A stretch of 63,547 nt of DNA, counting the filler, from Klebsormidium nitens (lineage: Eukaryota > Plantae > Klebsormidiophyceae), in assembly GCA_000708835.1 (NCBI GenBank). It is 7 parts of 7 records of this genome, joined end to end, with 100 filler letters (N's around TTAATTAATTAA, not from the genome) between each part and the next. Parts side by side here need not be neighbours in the genome. Positions count along the whole stretch, not along the records: positions 44,250 to 52,861 come from DF238263.1; positions 52,962 to 58,930 come from DF238388.1; positions 59,031 to 61,613 come from DF238090.1; positions 61,714 to 63,547 come from DF237884.1; 3 more parts are not named here. One strand, 5' to 3'. The notes beneath the pieces are model-generated. The model saw nothing but the letters and a program-made list of their open reading frames with translations, had not been told where the DNA came from and searched no databases. Below, piece by piece: positions 50,166 to 62,382 of the stretch. The number at the start of each line of letters is the position of its first letter. Within the stretch, counting starts at the first letter, position 1. The translations under genes and the position numbers were made by a program.

Positions 50166-52005
50166 GGGCTGGGTCACCCGACGCCTACCGTCGGGGGCTT
50201 CTTGGACCACATCTTTAATGGCGACCGAGCATTGATCGACTTCATGCAGAGGCTCTGGGGTTATATGCCATCAACGGACGCACCTCGGAGGAGATCACTG
50301 TGTTCCTTCTTGGAAGCGGCGGTACCTCTTTTCCTTCTTCGGCTATAATTGTCTTCGTCGAACTGCNNNNNNNNNNNNNNNNNNNNNNNNNNNNNNNNNN
50401 NNNNNNNNNNNNNNNNNNNNNNNNNNNNNNNNNNNNNNNNNNNNNNNNNNNNNNNNNNNNNNNNNNNNNNNNNNNNNNNNNNNNNNNNNNNNNNNNNNNN
50501 NNNNNNNNNNNNNNNNNNNNNNNNNNNNNNNNNNNNNNNNNNNNNNNNNNNNNNNNNNNNNNNNNNNNNNNNNNNNNNNNNNNNNNNNNNNNNNNNNNNN
50601 NNNNNNNNNNNNNNNNNNNNNNNNNNNNNNNNNNNNNNNNNNNNNNNNNNNNNNNNNNNNNNNNNNNNNNNNNNNNNNNNNNNNNNNNNNNNNNNNNNNN
50701 NNNNNNNNNNNNNNNNNNNNNNNNNNNNNNNNNNNNNNNNNNNNNNNNNNNNNNNNNNNNNNNNNNNNNNNNNNNNNNNNNNNNNNNNNNNNNNNNNNNN
50801 NNNNNNNNNNNNNNNNNNNNNNNNNNNNNNNNNNNNNNNNNNNNNNNNNNNNNNNNNNNNNNNNNNNNNNNNNNNNNNNNNNNNNNNNNNNNACCCCCTT
50901 GATGACGTCAGCAGCCATTCCACCAATAGTCCACCGCGATTGGTGGCGTGAACGTTTCGAGTGTCCCAGTCTGTTGAGCACTTGCCTTTTGCTTTGTTGC
51001 TCTAGAATGACGTCAGCAGCCATCTCTGACTGTTTATCCGTTGGGATAAATAATCACGCCCATTTTGCTTTGATTGGTTTGTCCATCACGAATTCTCTTA
51101 GTCCATTTCGGATGCCCCGCTCACATGCTTTTCATCCCCTTTCCCGTGCAGGGAATGGCAAGGGAGTATGCAAGCAGATGCTGGAGATCACGCTGGGCGA
51201 ATACTACGGCGTGATTTCCAAGGACGCCGTGGTCAAGGCCCCCGGACAACACCCGCCGTCCAAGGGCGCTGCCACGGGCTACCTCGCCGAGCTCCAGGGA
51301 AAGCGGGTGGCCGTGACGGACGAGACGAGCCCGGGAGAGCGCGTCGACCTAGGGAACGTGCTCATGATGACCGGCGGGGGCATGGTCGCCTCCCGGCTCC
51401 TCTACCAAAACAACGTCTCCTTCCGGTTCACCCACACGCCCTTCATCCAGACCAACTATGACCCCGAAATTCCCCCGACCCTAGCCAAGCAGCCAAACAT
51501 CGCCCGCCGCCTCATCGTGGTCCACTTCCCAAACGAGTACGTGACCGAGAACAAGTTTGACGAGACCAACCCAAACCACAGGCACGTGGACATTGGGTTG
51601 AAGGGCCGGATGGAGAGTCAGGCGGTCCGCGAGGAGTTCCTCACGTTCCTCGTCCAGGGAAGTCGGGCCTGGTACGAGGACCCCACGGTCTTGCGCAGGC
51701 ATCCGGCGGCCGTCCAGGCGGCCTCAATGGCATGGCTGCGGCGCGGAGACAAGCTGCAGATCTTCCTGCAATCGGAGCACTGCGTGCACGACCCGTCGGA
51801 GACGCCCGACAATGCCAAGACGGTCACATGGGAGGACGAGTTCTGGACGCAGTTCCAGAGATTCACAGGGGTCAAGATTGCCAAGGAGGAGTTGGCTAGG
51901 CAGATGCGAGAGAAGGGTTACGCGAGAACGAAGCGAGCCGGCCGTTATGACGGGTCATCCCAGCGGAGCTCGTGCTATATAGGCTTCAAGTGCGAGTATG
52001 ATTGA
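50166..52005 (+). CDS. D5-like/P4-family SF3 helicase (viral primase-helicase C-terminal part), intron-containing, with one apparent 2-bp frameshift; 5' part not recovered
   Basis: Exon 50166-50321 reads GFLDHIFNGDRALIDFMQRLWGY-AINGRTSEEITVFLLGSG once an extra AT at 50265-50266 is removed. Splicing G|gtacc...gcag|GG to exon 51152-52005 gives Walker A GSGGNGKG. Walker B is RVAVTDE, followed by LMMTGGG...RLLYQ, FIQTNY, RRLIVVHF and a C-terminal winged-helix-like tail. Confidence 0.8.
50893..51030 (-). repeat. Inverted copy of the ~101-bp repeat inside the D5 intron (next to a gap)
   Basis: The reverse complement ggtggaatggctgctgacgtcatcaagggggt matches ggtgggatggctactgacgtaatcaagggggt at about 52757-52788. 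Confidence 0.7.
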
Positions 52006-52615
52006 CGATCTGCGCCCGCCCATAGAGTCCATTGACCTTCTTTCGTTTGCTCTTGCTTTAATTGGTAGAGCAGAGGAGCCTAGGATGTACATTTGTCCTC
52101 GTTTTCGGAGATAGCTTAGATGCCCTAGGTGTACATTCTAGTAACCCCTTCACTTTGGTATTAATTTTGTATGCGTGTGGACGAATCTCACCAACCCTGT
52201 GGATGTACCATCCTACAATGACAACCTTCAAAGACTCTTTGCTTTCACCAATTGGATTTGCACGTAATGTTGAGACTAGTAAGTCTACAATACCACACAT
52301 CATGGTTGTGAACCATGATGTACACCTCGTGTACAACCCCATTTTTCTGGGTGAAATGGAATTTATGCCACCATGCCAAAGTCTTGGTCAAGAAGTCGAG
52401 TAGCGTTTATGCACTACTGAATTAACAGTCGTAGGCCAGGTCTACGGTTGCAAACTCAACAACACTTCATGGTCAACCAATTCAGGAGCCTTGCATAAGT
52501 TGATTATGAATAACCTGTTTTGATGTAGCCAAGTTGAAAGCCTGACTTGCCAAGTTGTCCATCAAATATGCTAGCTCATGCAATTTATGCGTCACAACCT
52601 TTGAACTTGGGAATC

Positions 52616-52861
52616 CACTCGAACACCTTCGTGCCGTTGATTATAGAGCATTGCTGGTGGGATGGTTGCTGATGTCATCAAGCACGCTCAACAAAAAAGG
52701 CACGTAAAAACTTGGACGATCGGACACCTTCGTGCGGTTGATTATAGAGCATTACTGGTGGGATGGCTACTGACGTAATCAAGGGGGTCGACCTCAAAAC
52801 TTTCGTCAAAAACTCGGGCACTCGAACACCTTCGTGCCGTTCATTATAGAGCATTACTGGT
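52616..52861 (+). repeat. Tandem repeat of a ~101-102-bp unit, at least 2.5 copies, running into a gap
   Basis: caccttcgtgc(c/g)gtt(g/c)attatagagcatt(g/a)ctggt recurs at about 52624, 52725 and 52827. Confidence 0.85.
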
Positions 52862-53640
52862 NNNNNNNNNNNNNNNNNNNNNNNNNNNNNNNNNNNNNNN
52901 NNNNNTTAATTAATTAANNNNNNNNNNNNNNNNNNNNNNNNNNNNNNNNNNNNNNNNNNNNTGATAATACACTCAGTAGATTCGTCCATCATTCTAGAGC
53001 GTGATTACGATGAGTGAGATAAGATTTTGCTATTTCACGTAGCTTATTACATAGGCATCATGCTTTTTCGCTTCGACTGCATATGTTGAGCGCACCCGAC
53101 ACGGCACAGCCTCGACTCATCACGGCACGACAGCTCTATATGCCGGCGGCCGGCCGCGCCGATCCGAGCGCGGCCACAATTTCAAATGTACATATTGCTG
53201 GCGCGCGCGATCAGTCATGCTCGACGGTCTCATGGCGAGTCGTTGCATCGTAGCCTGATCGGCAAGGTGGCCCGCGGAACTGTAAGGAATCAAGTTCATG
53301 TAACTGAGGCCTTGGAAGATCAGAGAACCTTGCGTTCTCCTATCTAGGTCAACCAACGTGAGTCTCTATCGTTGGACAGCGGTTCCTACGATTGCAAGCA
53401 CGGTTTAGAATTCCCCTTGCTGCATGTGCATAGACGGCCAGGAACTTGAACATACATGCGACCCGATATTAATTGATGCAGCAAGGGCAGGCCACCTTTA
53501 GCGCTTTAAAGGGCGAATCAGTGTGGGGCGCCTAGATTTATCAAGTTCTTGTCGACACTGGAAAGCGGCAACCGCATGTTACTACCACTTTCCGCAAAGA
53601 GCTAGCCATTTCATACCAACTAATGAGCATCTCTTGGGTC

Positions 53641-56600
53641 CTAGCTGACTGCGACGCGCCCGCTGACTACGGCCGTGAGAAGCCGGTGCAAGTTGGGCAG
53701 CGTTTGACGGGGACCCACCGCCGGCAGCTGCAGTGCGCTCAGCAGCTGTTCAATGTCCTGCACACCACCACCGCATCTTGGTCACCTCACCACAAACTAG
53801 AGTTGGGACGACCTGCTTTGTGAGGGCAAGAGAGTGGGGATTCCATTGGAAGCTTACTCTAGAAGCGAGTAACCGCCTCCCCAGGATCGTTATTCTAAAG
53901 CTGTACAAACACTATCCGACAGCAAAATGGCCCTCTGCATGCTGATCTGCACCGAACCGCCTACCAGCCGCACACGGGGCAAAGCACCAGAATTTCGTCA
54001 ATCGAAGCTTTAGTACTTGTTGCTAGCCCCCTCTGATCCAAAGGTCACAACCAACCATAGACGTCCAACCAATCTTGGTGGCCGAGACAATGACTTCAGC
54101 ACACACTGAATCAAACATGCCTGGAAGCAGAAAGCTGAAATACACCCAACTCGAAACCAACCAGCCGGAGACAAGGAGGTAAGCTGTCCAGCCGCGTCCT
54201 CACCTTGTTCAGCAGAAACACCGCATACGAGAACTTGGTCTCATCCGCGCCCTCCGCAAACAGCGGAAACTCCACCGCACGCTCCCCGGGGGGCGGTCCC
54301 GGCCCGGAACCCCGGCTCGGCCCCCCGTTCTTCACCCCCCCGCCAACCGCCCCCCGTTTCGTCTGAATCCCCGCGGCGTCGAGCACGTACGATCGCGACG
54401 CGCCGAATCGCAACGGGTACCGCAGCGCAACGCCCAAGATGCGCGCGAGCATTTCGAGCAGGTGCGCCACCCCCCCTAGCGCGGCCGCGACCCGCTCGTA
54501 CGCCTGTTTGTCGGACAACACCTGCCCGGGGGGGCCTTTGGAGAGCAGCCCCAGGCTGGCCAGCGCGGCGGCCCCCGCATCCCCGACCCCCCCGGAAAAG
54601 CGCGGCGAGCCGCACAGGAGCGCCTCGGCGGCGCAGGGGTCCAGACACAGGCACGGGCCGAGGGGCCCGATGGGAGGGGGCGCGGGCGGGGAGCGCCCGC
54701 CGGGGCGTGCCGAGTTGTCCATGTTAAGCAGGTTGCTCCCCGCAATGAACGCCTCGAGAACGTCGGAGGGAGGGGGCGAGCCGGGCCGAGAGCCGGTTCG
54801 CACGGAGGGGNNNNNNNNNNNNNNNNNNNNGGGGGTGTCTGGAAGGGGGGGCGACAGGGAGGGGGGGGGGCGTGCAAGGTCGATCTGAGAGACAGTGCGC
54901 GAGTGGAGGGGGGTGGGGCTGGGAGACGCGGCTGCGCTGGGGGGCGGTTTCGTTCTGGGGGGCACGAATGGGGTGACGGCGCAGGGGAGAAGGGCGGGGT
55001 AGAGAGTGAGAAGGCGCCCGAGCAGACGGCGCCGGCGGGCCGCCAGGCGGTGCTGTAGTTGTGCCACGTGGCCGTGGCCGGTGCCGCTGGCGAGGAGGGC
55101 CGCCGCAGCCTGCATTGCACACGTGTCGTTTTACCAGGCGGCGTCACAAATGTAGAGCTAGGCAGGTGCTGTTGCAAGTCGATGTGGAATGTCTTTCAAT
55201 TGAAACCGCAGACTGGTCCTTGAAAGGGCACAAGAAAAATCTAGAGACGTGCTGACAACCGCCGAAGCCAGATGTCAATGTTAAAACAGGCCAGCTTCTT
55301 GCACGCGAAAAGCTACTGGAAGAAGTTTTGATTTGGCCATTGCCGCAGAAAGCCTGCCGCCCAAATCTTTACTTCATCTTCCGTAGTCGTCAAAGGCCCT
55401 TGATGACGGCGGACTGAACGAAGGAAGCCCGTAAGGAAAGCCCTACCAGCCCAAGAAAGACCCCACACGAGCCTAACAATCCCCCAAAGGTGGCCTACGC
55501 TTGATGCAGCTTTCAACAAAGCTGGCTGCCTTATTCGAGTCCAATTTGAGCCAGCGCGCAATGTTTGAACCTTTCAACAAGTGGCATCCGGGTCCTCGAA
55601 TGCTTTCGGCTCTGCGCATGAGGGGAGTATCTGCGATCGGCTCGGTTCTCGTTATATCCTGATTACCAAGGTCCTCACAGGACTGCATGGACCTTCTCTA
55701 TCGTTCTCGCAACGCGTACTTCGAAAAGGAAACTCAAGAGAAAGTTTACAGAAGCGGGATATCGGACTTGTATCAACCGGCCAGCTTTTACTGAATGTGC
55801 AATATCCTCAAGTCACAGATGAAAGCCGCTGCTCACATCTAGTCGTTTTCGCGCGCCCGCCAGCGTGGTTGCCGCCCCGAGCAGCCCCGGCGCGCGCTCA
55901 AGCACCTCGGCTTTGCGCTCCTCGATGCGTGCGCGCGCAGCTGCGAGCGCATTTTTCTCCCGCTCTAGTTCCTCCCGCAGAGCTGCCACTCGGCGATGAG
56001 CCTTCTGGGCCGCCGCAGCTCTCTCGAAGAGCGCTTGCCGTTCCTGCCAAATTTGAGCGATTGATTTCATTCACCAATTGTTGAGACCAGATGAGGGGAT
56101 TTCTGTTTCTTACCATTATGCTGCGTATGCAGAGTCTTCAAGCCAAAAAAGCAAATGGGAGATTCGACAATGCTTGTGTTGCATCATTTCGGGTCGACTC
56201 AGGGCTCACTGTCATTTTTGCAAGTATCCACTTTCAGTAGCTGACAAGCGCCTCGAAAAGGTCATGTGGCGATATATGATTGTACAACGTCTTAGAGCGC
56301 TGCCACCCGAACCTCATCGACCATACGTGTTCAGATCCAAAACATTCTCTGATACATACTTAGTTCGCAATGACACTCTTGATCTTTCAATCCAAACCGT
56401 GAAAGTCAAAAGTCGCAGAACTCCACAATCATGGGACATTGCTAGCAAACACGAGAGACGACCCGCTTTTCTGGATCCAGAAGTCTCCCTTGCCCCGTCA
56501 GATGTCAAAGAAGCAGCGCAACTTTCTGTGTCCGAATGTTGATTCGTCTGAAGCGGTCATTGCTAGCCGATATGGTATGTTGAACTTTCACGTTTACGTT

Positions 56601-57800
56601 TCGCATCTTGTTTGACACTTGGATCACTGACCCCCTCACCTCTCCTCTGCATCGAACCGCCTCCTTCATCGCATCCCGTCTCGCCCTCGCCCGCCCCAGC
56701 CGCGCCGTCGCCCCCCCAGCCGCATACACCCCCTCCTGTAACTCCTCCAATGTCACTTGCACTCCCACCTTCTTTTCCCCCCTTCCGTGCCCGCCCCCCC
56801 CTTCATGATCATCCGTTGACCCGTTTAACTCGTGCGCTGCGGCTAAGGGGCTGTCCGGTAACACATACCACCCATCGGGGGCCTGAAACAGCAGGGCGTT
56901 AACCCCCCCATCTGCATTAAGCTCCCAGGGAGGATACTGCAGCCGCACCAAATGTCGTAGATCCACGTCCATCCGCACAACTTCTTCTTCCACGATCTCC
57001 ACTACCCCTCCCATCTCATTGTCTTCTTCCCCATCATTGTCTCTATCCTTCTGAAATCTTGAGCTTTCGCCCCCTTTCGCTGATATCGCGCTAACTTCTT
57101 CCCCCTCCCTCCTCCGCACCTTCCAGTTCCGTCCTCCCGGGAGTGTCCCCCATCGTCGCTGCCCCGTTGCCGGCAGCCCCTCCAAAACGGACCTCCCCTC
57201 TCCTAGTTTGCTTTCATTGCCTCCCCCCCCCACTTCCTGCACTGCAGCACCCCCCCGGCCCCAATCTTGCTCCTCTTCCGCGCCCCCATTTTGTCCCCGT
57301 TCGGTGGCCGCCACGAACACGGACACTCGCAACGGACCGCAGTGCGCCAAAGCGTGCGATGACATCAGCGCCAGGTCGATGACGCCCCATTCTGGCGCGA
57401 GGGTGCCCCATGCGAGCTCACTGCTGTAGAAGATTTCACCCCCCTCCGACGAGCGGCTTGTCTCCGATTCCTTCTTAAGGGGACCGGGGTCATAGGAAAT
57501 AGACTTTATGAGCAGTTTTGGGGGTGGGCCGCTGTGCGACTGTGGCTGGGAGCTTTCGGAGCCGTAAGTAGTGGCGGGGACAGCAAGGGTGAAGTAGGCG
57601 GCGAGGTCGTGGGTGCAGGGGGAGAGGGACTGGGGGAACAGGTTGCGCGCTTGAATGCCCAGCAGGCGGCGAAGGCTCAAGGAACCTTCGCTGTCACCCT
57701 GCTCCCTCTCTAGTTTGGCCCCGTGGGGATCCTCGCTGTCTGTCAGATCCCTCCCATTTGGCGTTTGCGCCAGATGGTTCTGTTCGATTCTAGCCATCAT
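53641..57800 (-). CDS. UVRAG: UVRAG/VPS38 (PI3K complex II subunit) with an N-terminal C2-like domain, 4 exons
   Basis: Exons 57800-56640, 56043-55837, 55109-54204 (contains a 20-nt N gap) and 53757-53641. The C2-like segment is LRRLLGIQARNL...YFTL...EIFYSSELAWGTLAPEW, followed by a coiled coil. The BARA-like segment is AALGGVAHLLEMLARILGVALRYPLRFGASRSYV...EFPLF...KFSYAVFLLNKDIEQLL. Confidence 0.88.
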
Positions 57801-59128
57801 AAATTCTTAAAAGCCCTTTTAGTCAATCTTTTTCGATTGATAAAGGCGGTCAGCTGCCGCAGACATTGACGCGTCTTGATGCCTGAGTTGTACATCTCGT
57901 CCAGATGTGATAGGCCAGGCCTCCGCAAGCTCTCTGCTCTTGGTTTCAAGGGGCGCCAGCCACTGCAGCAGAGGCCTTACGAAAGTCAAATTGATTGAAG
58001 GTCAACAAAATCAAAACGAATCTGCCTGTTACTTCTGGCATTGAACAATGGTCTTGTGACTTCTTCAGCGTCAACCTGAAGCTTGAGGACCCCTTGAGGA
58101 CCAGGATTCAATCCGATAACTCAATCCCTACATGATGGAACTCTAAGCAGGAATTGTGATGACCATGAGAATTCGCTTTTGATAGCAAAAGCAAGTTAGT
58201 ATCGCAACAAGGTTAAGAATTTGTCAATCGCGGATGAATGCATGAAAATCTGGGCGACCATCTTAAGAACGGGAGTAGGAATGATAACAAGACGCAACAT
58301 GGAGGAGCATTGTGGAGCTTGCAAGTCTTGTTGATGTTTACCACCGTTAAAGAATCCAAATCCGTCCAGGATTTGGTGCCGTCGTATGAAAAGCTCCATG
58401 TCCTCGAACAAGTTAGATGCCAAAGAGATCACTTTCATACAAGTCAAAAGGGAAATTCGTTCGTAGAGATTACCTAGAAGATGATCAAGTACTAACATAA
58501 GGCTAGGAGGCTTCCAAAATGCCCTTTCCTGGCTAAGACGCCCCTGCTACTCCAACAGATAATGTGCAAGACGCGGCACAGAAGTTAAACACAGACGGAC
58601 ACTCCTATTCGAGCTGGAGAACTTCAAAATTCCAGATGTTATTCCTCCGCCCGAAGATCTTGCCTCTCCCTTTGCGCCTTCTCTTGTCTCTCCCACATTT
58701 TGTCCAGTCAGAACGGAGGGAAGGAGAACGTGGATTGCAGTTTGCAGTCCGAGACCCCCACACCGCTTGATACTCAGTGCGCGAGCACCGGGTCTGGGAA
58801 CGTCACCGCCGGCGAGGTTTGACATGCCGGATCGCTGGCGACCAACATTGGGGTCTTTCAAAGGTCCGGAAATGCACACTCCGTGCATGAGTCTTTTTTT
58901 AAGGGACCAGATTGCAAGTTCGACCAATCTNNNNNNNNNNNNNNNNNNNNNNNNNNNNNNNNNNNNNNNNNNNNTTAATTAATTAANNNNNNNNNNNNNN
59001 NNNNNNNNNNNNNNNNNNNNNNNNNNNNNNTCTTGCGCCAGTTTGCACGATTGACGCTTATGCAATTTTGATTATGTGCTCCGCCAGGTTTCCTGCAATC
59101 TTTGACTCATTTCGCTTCCATTTTGCAG

Positions 59129-61613
59129 TGGGACTGCACGCCTGCTGCACCTCGAAACGGGGCAGATCACTGGCTGGACGGAGGACTACGTCAAGGCGGA
59201 CGGCATGCTGCCCTATCCCGTTTTCCCCATCGACTCCCCCGCCAAGCACACAATCCTCACTTCAGCCAACAAGGGCATTGGAAAGTCGAAGGAGGGGTTC
59301 GACTGGCTCGAGAGGCTGCTGGAAATCTATCCCCACGCCTCCGTCGCCGTCATCGCAGCCAACGTCACGCTCTCTCGGAAATATGACGAAGATCTGAAGC
59401 GGCGCGGCATTGAGGTCACGCTGTACCTAGATTTGCCTGGAAAGATCACGGCAAGCAGGGTGGTGTGCTGCGTCAACTCCCTCCCACGGCTCGACGCCAG
59501 CTTTGACGTAGTCATCATGGACGAGATGGACATGATCATGTCCAACATGAACTCGGATGTGATGGCTCGGAAGAAGATGGTTTTCTTGGCAGTGGAGGGG
59601 GCGACAAAGCACGCCAAGATTGTGCTCGGGATGGACGCCAACATCGGCAGCCCTCGGGTCATGCAGTGGCTGTACATGGTCCGGACGGATGCTGCCTTGC
59701 ACGCAATTCGTAACCGCGGGGTGTACCCAGGTGAAAGGAAGGCCACGATCAAGTACATCCCGTCGACCAAGCGTTTCCAGGCAGATCCCTACGGCCCCGC
59801 CATTGCTGAGACGATGGAGGCTTTGGACCGAGGCAAAAAGGTCATAGTGAGTCCCTTCGTGCAACTTTCAAGAGAGAAGAAAAGCTTTGACTTCCCAACG
59901 CAGGCTGCAAAAAACGAACGCCCTCCCCGGCTCTTTCCAACCAGAAAGAAAGCAGACTGAAAAAACGAAATCGGAAACGAAAAACGGAACACAGCCACGG
60001 ATCCCCCACCGACCAATCACAGACGGCCACGTCAGCAGACAGAAAAAATCCGCAAGCTTCTCAGATCGAAAGGATCCGCCCGTCGAGTGCGCGTCACTTC
60101 AACATATTTTGACCAGGATTGATCCGTGCTCTCTTTACTTCAACCTGCTCCGGAACATTGCATGAAATTCAGGATTTTCTCGCAACTCTAGTTTAGTACA
60201 GCACGGCAGCACTGCCGCACAAGCAGCAGCGCAACGATCATGTTTTTCCGAACGCAACGAGTCGCGGCCTAGATCAAAGGAGCACACTGCACACGAATAT
60301 CGGAACGTTTCTGACACCTTGCAGGCGCCCTCCGCCAGCAAGACGTACGATCTGAAGCTCAAGGAAGCCTTCGAGCAGCGCTACCCGAGCGACAGCCCGA
60401 CTGCCAAGTCTGGAAAGTTCCTCTACTCCAAGCCAGAGTCGGAGGCCGCGAAAGAGGCTCTTGTGTTGGCAGTTACCGATCCGGATACTCATCTGACGGC
60501 GGACCTGTGCGCCTCTTCGCCTGTGATCGGCCCTGGTATCTCGAGGGAGCGGCCCCACTTTGACAAGCTCATCGCTTTTGCCATGAACGCCTTCGAGCGG
60601 GGGCCCACTGTCGAGACGTTTCTCCAGCAGCTCTTCCGCGATCGTACTGTCAGTGACTTCACGATCTACGTGAAGGGTGGTGCGGGCCCACGGTCGCTCC
60701 CTTCGACTGTGGAAGACGTCTTCTGCGCGATTGAGGACGAGGACCGCGAGCTGGCCAAGCTGCTTGGAAGCACCGAGCATCTAGACTTCATGCTGGCACC
60801 CTCGGGGACGCGGCCAATCTGCGACAGAAACTCCCCGAGCTGCATCCTCTACGCAAACAACATTCTCACGATCGCCAACAGTTTCCGGGACTATCCCGAG
60901 CTCCTGCGCGCTGACCTGATCAAGCAAGGGTTCGTCGTCGAGGAGGTGTATCTGGACGACGAAGCACCCTCCATTGCGGTGCGCAAAGCGACTAACGGAG
61001 ACAAGAACCTCGCTGATGAGGATTGGCGGGCAAAGTACGTCGTTGATGAAGAGGCGTACCGCAAATTGCTCCGGAAGGCAGAGGTTGATTCCCTGAACGA
61101 GATGGAGGAGAGGCAGAGACACATTTACGAGTGCATCCGCAACGTGCACAAGGTCGATCCTCGTAGAGTCGACCACAATTACGAGGTGGTGCATTGCGGG
61201 AAGGAGCTAGTCCCGTTCAAGAACTACATCAGGTAAGTGTAAAGCACTGTACGATAGATTCCCAAGTGATTTCGACTGGATCGAACTGCCTTCAGAGCTT
61301 CAAAGCTCCAGCCAACTTTGCCTTGTTTCTGACCAGAGCTGTCGAATTGACTGCAAGATTGTCTTATTGCCTTTGCGCAGATTGTACATGCTTCCTTCAC
61401 TGCCTTGCTCCTTCCGGTTCTTGCCGCAGGCTTGCCTTGCCTCTTCCCAATCCCTCAGTCCTGCAACGTTTGCGGCCTAGATTCAAAGAATTGAGTATAT
61501 CGGAACAGCATGCTAGGTGACTCATACAAACGCTCTTTTCGGACAGGTTCCGAACGACCCCTATCTCCTCCCTCATGGACGAGCTCACGAGAGCTTTGAA
61601 GGAAGGAGACACT
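59129..61613 (+). CDS. Origin-binding-protein-like SF2 helicase (herpes UL9 / NCLDV ori-binding type), intron-containing, both ends lost near gaps
   Basis: Exons 59129-59846, 60325-61232 and 61547-61613(gap) splice in phase. Motifs: Walker A SANKGIGKS, Ia AANVTLS, VVCCVNSLPRL, Walker B VIMDEMD, III GMDAN, SSPVIGPGIS and QQLFRDR. Confidence 0.75.
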
Positions 61614-61713
61614 NNNNNNNNNNNNNNNNNNNNNNNNNNNNNNNNNNNNNNNNNNNNTTAATTAATTAANNNNNNNNNNNNNNNNNNNNNNNNNNNNNNN
61701 NNNNNNNNNNNNN

Positions 61714-62345
61714 GGGGACAGAGTGAGGTTCTGATCACCCTCGGGATGCTGGCGGATATGCAGAGTCCCACCAACCCAACTCCTATCCCACCGACACCCA
61801 CACCAACTCCGACTCCTACTCCCATCGCACCAACCGTTGCAGTCTCACTGCAGACTACACCTAATGTGTGGAAGTTGACCGTGACACCCACACCAGTCTC
61901 AGCTGTGGTCAACGGTGACAACACGATCACGGTGACTCTGGCGACACCTAACACTCCCACTCCAGTGGTGACTCCGACACCAGTTGTGACTCCCACACCA
62001 ACACCTATCGTTACTCCAACTCCGACTCCTGTCGTGACACCCACGCCACCACCTACAAGCGGTGGCATCTCGGTGACGTCCCAGGTGACAAGCTCCTGGT
62101 CGGAGGGAGGCGTTACGAAATACAACTCGCAGATCTTTATGAAGAATAACACCGCAAACACGGTGCACAGCATCGTGTTGAACAAGCCAAGCACTACATT
62201 GAAACCTTGGAGTATTACGGAGACTGAAACTACCCTATCGCTTCCCTCATGGATCGTGCAGTCGGGTCTTCCTGCGGGACAGACGTACGACTTTGGTGGG
62301 ACATTCACCAGTATCCCTACATTCACGGTTCTGAGCTTTGCATGA
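61714..62345 (+). CDS. C-terminal part of a Pro/Thr-linker protein ending in a CBM49/CBM2-like carbohydrate-binding module; intronless, 5' end probably in the gap
   Basis: (PT)n and (VVTPTP)n linkers are followed by VTSQVTSSW...Y...I..KNN...PWSI...LSLPSW...LPAGQTYDFGG, which matches the CBM49/CBM2 pattern. Confidence 0.65.
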
Positions 62346-62382
62346 GCAAAAAATTTAAATTGTTCTACAACAAAATAACAAG

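Noticed and set aside
52058-52610. AT-rich short ORFs downstream of D5
   Set aside because: All frames are interrupted and no family could be recognised; this may be decayed foreign DNA but cannot be supported.
26204-61713. TTAATTAATTAA embedded in N runs (near 26250, 35980, 44195, 52910, 58980 and 61660)
   Set aside because: It is an identical all-frame-stop linker in the middle of every standard gap, so it is a scaffolding artefact. ORFs containing X runs across these gaps are also artefacts.
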